Source: Acaryochloridaceae cyanobacterium VAR_48_metabat_390 (GTDB lineage: Bacteria; Cyanobacteriota; Cyanobacteriia; Thermosynechococcales; Thermosynechococcaceae). Taken from it: a DNA stretch of 64,000 nt. This document shows, piece by piece, positions 59,304 to 64,000 of the stretch (position 1 is its first letter; each line of letters starts with the position of its first letter). A program made the position numbers and the translations under genes. The stretch spans positions 81,431-145,430 of the forward strand of contig JANPLU010000128.1 of NCBI GenBank assembly GCA_031422435.1. Reading direction: 5' to 3'. The notes below the pieces were generated by a model. It did no database searches. It had not been told where the DNA came from and worked only from the letters and a program-made list of their open reading frames with translations.

Positions 59304-60506
59304 TTAGAGTTGCCCGTCAGCCTTGCCGTTATCTTTCTTTTTTAATTCTTTGGCGGCTCGCGCAATTCCGTTTCGAGTATGCAGCGGATCGGGAGCCAAT
59401 GTCAAAAAGCTCATGCGCCCTGGCATGGGGGTTTGGTTGGGCTGAAGCCCCTGAAGCATTTCGGTGAGCTGAAGGGTTTCTAGAGACAGCGTTTTGCTTT
59501 CTCTAACCTTATGCCATACCGAGCGCGATAGCATGAGGGTATGCTCCATCCGCTCTGCGCCTACCTGCTGTAAGTAGTCTTCTCGCTCTGGCTGGTAGTC
59601 GGCAGACACCACCGATAGCGGCGCTGAAGGGCAGGCTTCTTGAGACAGATAGGCCATATGTGCTAGTAGCTCTGGGTAGAGCCAGGTATAGGCAGGGTGA
59701 ACCGTCATTTGTGCGTCGTGGGGTTCGGCACCAGCGCGGTTAAGAGAGATTGAAAAATACCCGATCGCCGCTTTGCGCTGGGGTTCAAACACATAGCCGT
59801 TCAGCCATTCCTGCTGCTGAATCTTGATATTTGCCATCAGGCTTTGGAGAACGCTGCGCTGAAAATCTTGAACGTGACGGTCAAACACCTGCCGCACAAA
59901 GGGCGGCATTGCGGCAGTATCTAGCTGGTACAGCAGTGCAGCGTCGGCAGTGTTGACGGGGAGTAAATTGGGGAGGCTGGGCGATCGCAGCGCCAACGGC
60001 TCTAAAGATGCAGCAGACAACTGCCAGCGCGTCATCTGAGAGAGGGGCTGAAATCCACTTTGACGATATAGCCCAAGGGAATCAACGTGGTTAACCTCAA
60101 CCTCTACAAGCCAAGTTCGGGCTTCCCAGATATTTTCCATACAGTGGCGCAAAAGCTGGGTGCCTGCATCAAAAGCAGAAACGCCGCTATCTAGACAAAT
60201 TCGCTCAACACGCCACGTACTGCGCGCTCGGTTAAACGGGGCAACCTGAATCAGGCCGACCAAAGACCCCTTCTGTTCTAAGACGAAGGTCTTGGCAGAG
60301 TGCCACTGTCCAGGAACTGCGTCTAGCAAACGCCAAAGTGGGTTAGAAGTCCAGTCTTGGGAACTACTTTTTTGCAGCGGCTCTAAGAGCCAAGCGCGCT
60401 CTGCATGAGTGCCATCGTCTTGACCCAAAAGTGCTTTGACCGCATCCCAGTCTCGATACTGGAGCGATCGCACCGCTGATTCATTTTTGGTAGATGCAGA
60501 AGACAT
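59304..60506 (-). CDS. tandem GNAT-fold acetyltransferase (cyanobacterial)
   Basis: GTQLLRHC, LYRQSGFQPL and VHPAYTWLYPEL. Confidence 0.8.
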   Translation of the reverse strand: MSSASTKNESAVRSLQYRDWDAVKALLGQDDGTHAERAWLLEPLQKSSSQDWTSNPLWRLLDAVPGQWHSAKTFVLEQKGSLVGLIQVAPFNRARSTWRVERICLDSGVSAFDAGTQLLRHCMENIWEARTWLVEVEVNHVDSLGLYRQSGFQPLSQMTRWQLSAASLEPLALRSPSLPNLLPVNTADAALLYQLDTAAMPPFVRQVFDRHVQDFQRSVLQSLMANIKIQQQEWLNGYVFEPQRKAAIGYFSISLNRAGAEPHDAQMTVHPAYTWLYPELLAHMAYLSQEACPSAPLSVVSADYQPEREDYLQQVGAERMEHTLMLSRSVWHKVRESKTLSLETLQLTEMLQGLQPNQTPMPGRMSFLTLAPDPLHTRNGIARAAKELKKKDNGKADGQL

Positions 60507-60734
60507 AGGATGACAGGGCAGACTGAGGGCAGTAAGTAGAAAGAAGGAGGGCGGACTCTCGGTGCGCAGCTATCGCTTTGCACAAAGCATACGAAAGCAT
60601 AACTCCCAACCTACTCGCTTAACCTTCAAGCAAATAGATTGTCCCCATTGTAGCGACCCTTCGTCCGCAACGTCACAATCTTTGGACACATCTCTTCCAA
60701 ATTTGACTGAGCGTTATTAGTAAAGCCCCATTCA

Positions 60735-61916
60735 CTATGCCCTAGGACGCACCAGAACCACAGGCGTCTGCTCATCAGAATTCCCTGCGGGGTTATTAAT
60801 GAGCGCCTCTTGCAGCGTTGCCATTGAAACATCAGCGGTTGCCGCTAGTACCTTCACCGCCTTCAAATCATTAACATCTACAATCGCTGCCGAAATCCCC
60901 GTTTTGGCCTTAATTTCATCAACGACAGCCTGGGGATCTTCAGGCCCAAGCACCACAAACTGATCGTAGGGTGGCAGCGTGCCCGTTACGTCATCCACCA
61001 GCCGCGCCTGTTCTCCGGCCAGTCGATAAAACCCGCCAGGACTTCCCAGTACCTTCATCACCGAACCGCCAAGAAACGCAAACAGCACCCGCCAAGGTCC
61101 CACCACATCTACCAGAGACTGAAGACCACAGGCCGTTGCCAAGCTTGAAGTAGGCAAAAAGAAATAGCACAGTCGAGATGCGACCCAGCCTGGATGAATA
61201 TCGCTGGGGTGGCGGTATCGCCCTTGAATGATGGCAACCGGAGTCTCGCCAATGGTGACAATATCGCCTGGTTTCACATGGGGCTTCACATAGCGATTCA
61301 CGATATCTACGCAATTGTCTAAGCGGGTCAGTAGGTGCGTGGGAATGGGCAGCACCTCTGAAGCCTCTGAAGTGCGCCAGCGCAGAGCCTGCTGGGCATC
61401 TGGGTACGCCAAGGGCAGCACCTCATGATGAACGCGAGGGATGCGCCCCTTCGGCCCATAGGTGGTGTAGTAAATCCGCAGCCACGCCACTCTCAGGGTA
61501 GAAAGATCGGTGCCCTTAATATCTATGTCTATAGAGACTGTCGTTTGCTGACGTTTTTTGACAATATAGGCAAACCAATAGTCGTCAGATCTCGTTTCAG
61601 CATCGGGGTGATGGGCGGTGAGCCGCACCGTTTTCGTGACGCCATCTAGGCTTTCTTTAGACAGTATCTGAAGCTCTGCCCGTAATTCTGGCACCATCAC
61701 CTCAAGGTCTGCCAGCGGATTGGCGAGAATCAGTTCGCCCTTGAGAGAGTAGTGGTGAGGCTGATCGAGTTCTAGCTTCCACTGTTTTGTCGATACCTGA
61801 AGGGTATTGCCTCGGCCTTTGCGGTAGCGACTTTCTAACCCAGCCCAGCCTAGTACCGCCGCCAAGCCCAAACCAATGCCAATACCCTCAACAATCATGA
61901 GATGCTCTCGCTCCAA
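60735..61916 (-). CDS. F420-0:gamma-glutamyl ligase (CofE)-like protein with N-terminal TM
   Basis: IPTH, IGETPVAIIQGR, VDDVTGTLPPY, IVDVNDL and NPAGNSDEQTP. Confidence 0.8.
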   Translation of the reverse strand: MEREHLMIVEGIGIGLGLAAVLGWAGLESRYRKGRGNTLQVSTKQWKLELDQPHHYSLKGELILANPLADLEVMVPELRAELQILSKESLDGVTKTVRLTAHHPDAETRSDDYWFAYIVKKRQQTTVSIDIDIKGTDLSTLRVAWLRIYYTTYGPKGRIPRVHHEVLPLAYPDAQQALRWRTSEASEVLPIPTHLLTRLDNCVDIVNRYVKPHVKPGDIVTIGETPVAIIQGRYRHPSDIHPGWVASRLCYFFLPTSSLATACGLQSLVDVVGPWRVLFAFLGGSVMKVLGSPGGFYRLAGEQARLVDDVTGTLPPYDQFVVLGPEDPQAVVDEIKAKTGISAAIVDVNDLKAVKVLAATADVSMATLQEALINNPAGNSDEQTPVVLVRPRA

Positions 61917-62075
61917 AAGTTGCCATCATCATGCCACATTTCCCTTTCGCTCCAACTTCAGTTTTTGGAGAGGGGTGCCTATTTAGGAAGCGTTAAGACT
62001 ACAATCTATAAACATTTGTAAACTATAAAAGCTGTCTTCGCACTTTTTATTTTTCTTGTCTTTTAAGGACACATC

Positions 62076-63020
62076 ATGAAGCGACTCGTCCTGTTCCAGT
62101 GGTTTTTCCTTGTTGCCCATATCGTCGCGATGGTCTTTGGCCTAGCGGGTTTAGTTCTTGTTCTTCCCCATCCAGAATTTATCGCGACCTTACCCAGCTT
62201 TGGTCAAACGCTGTTTCAGCTCAGCATGACGGGCGGTGGCGTGGTGTACATTGTGCTGGGTGCGCTGACGGTTTTTCTGCACGGCTACTTAAGCCTAGGG
62301 CTGCGCTCAATTACGCTCTTTTTTGTCCCTGCGGTAGCGTTATCTCTGGGTAGTGAACTGCTTGGAACTAGTACGGGCTTCCCGTTTGGGCACTATGCCT
62401 ATCTGAGTGGATTAGGCTACAAAATTGCAGGGTTGGTACCGTTTACCATCCCCTTATCGTGGTTTTACCTTGGGTTTTCGGCTTACCTACTGGCCTACAG
62501 CGGTCTTCGCGTCGCGCTGCGTCGATGGGAAGTGAAGGACTTTAACCTGCGTCTATTGGCGGTTGTGACGGGTGCGGTACTGCTGACCGCTTGGGATTTA
62601 GTATTAGACCCCGCCATGAGTCAGGCTCCCTTTCCTTTCTGGTCGTTTCAGGAAGTGGGCGAATTTTTTGGGATGCCCTACCGCAACTTAGTGGGTTGGG
62701 TTGGCACAGGGATGATTTTTATGGGTGTTGCTGCGCTTTTAGGGCGCAAAGAGCCTTTGGGTTTGAGCCGCAGTCAGCTTACGGTGCCGCTGTTGGTGTA
62801 CTTGGCTAATTTTGCCTTTGGCGCAACCATTACATTGACTCAGCTTGACTCTCGCTTTATGATTCCGGCGGCGTTGGGTGTGTTGGTTGGGGTATTGCCT
62901 GCCATGATTTTTTGGTGGATTTCGCCCACTCAAGCAGCATTATCGGTAGAACCCTTACAGGATTTGTCTGAAGTTGCTGCTTCTCCAGAGCCAGCCCTAA
63001 GCGCTAGCCCTAAGCGATGA
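62076..63020 (+). CDS. cruF: gamma-carotene 1'-hydroxylase (carotenoid 1,2-hydratase)
   Basis: SELLGTSTGFPFGHY, VPFTIPLSW, WDLVLDPAM and FFGMPYRN; adjacent to a GT2 gene. Confidence 0.88.
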   Translation: MKRLVLFQWFFLVAHIVAMVFGLAGLVLVLPHPEFIATLPSFGQTLFQLSMTGGGVVYIVLGALTVFLHGYLSLGLRSITLFFVPAVALSLGSELLGTSTGFPFGHYAYLSGLGYKIAGLVPFTIPLSWFYLGFSAYLLAYSGLRVALRRWEVKDFNLRLLAVVTGAVLLTAWDLVLDPAMSQAPFPFWSFQEVGEFFGMPYRNLVGWVGTGMIFMGVAALLGRKEPLGLSRSQLTVPLLVYLANFAFGATITLTQLDSRFMIPAALGVLVGVLPAMIFWWISPTQAALSVEPLQDLSEVAASPEPALSASPKR

Positions 63021-64000
63021 TGGCTTTTTTGCATGTTGCTTGTCACATCACGGCCAATACCCGCATCGCCAATTGTGCTTGGGATGCTTCCGCCTCGACT
63101 GTAGGGTTTAGCATTGCCGCGATGCTTGCGCTAGCGGCGCAAATCCCTGCGGCTGCCCTTCTGCTTTCTCGTCTTGTGCGAGGGCCATTCCGACGGGCAC
63201 CCCTCGTACCGCAATCGCCTGCACCAGATTTACTGGGTGCGGTAAGCGTTATTGTGCCAACCCTCAATGAGGCGCAACGGATCCAGCCTTGTCTTGAAGG
63301 ATTAAGCCACCAAAGCTATGAGCTACGGGAAGTTTTGGTGGTGGATAGCCGCTCTGAGGACGGAACGCCGGAACTCGTCAAGGATGCCGCCATTCAAGAC
63401 CCACGGTTTCGGGTAATGACTGATGACCCACTGCCAAACGGCTGGGTAGGACGACCTTGGGCACTGCACTCTGGCTTTAGCAATATGGCACCAGAAAGCA
63501 CCTGGTTTTTGGGGCTAGACGCAGATACTCAGCCGCAGCCTGGGCTGGTGGCGAGTTTGGTACGAGCGGCGATCGCCGATAACCTAGATGCCGTCTCGCT
63601 CTCGCCTCAGTTTATTCTGAAGTACCCTGGTGAAATTTGGCTTCAGCCTGCGCTTTTGATGACGCTGGTGTACCGATTTGGTCCCGCAGGGGAGGCCAAC
63701 GCAACGGCAGAGCGCGTAATGGCAAACGGACAGTGTTTTTTGTGCCGTCAGTCGCTGCTGAAAGATTTGGGTGGTTACACGAGCGCCCGCAACTCTTTTT
63801 GTGATGATGTAACTTTGGTACGACACTTAGCCGCAAACGGCGCGCGGGTTGGCTTTTTAGACGGTGCCAAGGTCTTGAAGGTACGCATGTACGAGGGCGC
63901 TGCTGAAACGTGGCGCGAGTGGGGGCGATCGCTAGATCTTAAAGATGCCAGCTCCCCCGCGCAAACCTATGGCGATCTTTGGTTTTTGACAGCAGTACAG
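63017..64000 (+). CDS. cruG: carotenoid (myxol) glycosyltransferase, GT2 (3' end beyond window)
   Basis: Not in the ORF track. ATG 63017 overlaps the cruF stop; reads QIPAAALLLSRL, IVPTLNEA, GWVGRPWAL, DADT, MANGQCF and FCDDV. Confidence 0.88.
   Translation, partial: MMAFLHVACHITANTRIANCAWDASASTVGFSIAAMLALAAQIPAAALLLSRLVRGPFRRAPLVPQSPAPDLLGAVSVIVPTLNEAQRIQPCLEGLSHQSYELREVLVVDSRSEDGTPELVKDAAIQDPRFRVMTDDPLPNGWVGRPWALHSGFSNMAPESTWFLGLDADTQPQPGLVASLVRAAIADNLDAVSLSPQFILKYPGEIWLQPALLMTLVYRFGPAGEANATAERVMANGQCFLCRQSLLKDLGGYTSARNSFCDDVTLVRHLAANGARVGFLDGAKVLKVRMYEGAAETWREWGRSLDLKDASSPAQTYGDLWFLTAVQ

Overview
Cyanobacterial chromosomal window: HIP1 octamer GCGATCGC is frequent, and psbU, ntcA and cruF/cruG are present. 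It is mostly housekeeping DNA and contains the likely replication origin, 11 DnaA boxes plus DnaA-trio-like repeats just upstream of dnaN (about 5.27-5.50 kb). dnaA and the rpmH-rnpA-yidC-jag cluster lie about 47 kb away, in an orientation that one large inversion would explain. Accessory parts are a complete ISAs1-family element (16-bp inverted repeats, 10-bp target duplication, A7 frameshift site) beside a low-GC RelE-type toxin-antitoxin pair, two glycosyltransferase insertions, and a four-gene exported COP23 / beta-barrel / CHAT protease / DUF928 locus. That locus is the best candidate for an uncharacterised system. Other notable points are a transglutaminase-like protein lacking its catalytic Cys and His, a GyrA paralogue without the GyrA-box, an FHA-fused histidine kinase, and an N-terminal frameshift in the folate/biopterin transporter gene. 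No CRISPR array, prophage or rRNA was seen. All calls come from reading motifs by eye; no searches were run, and several start codons are judgement calls.
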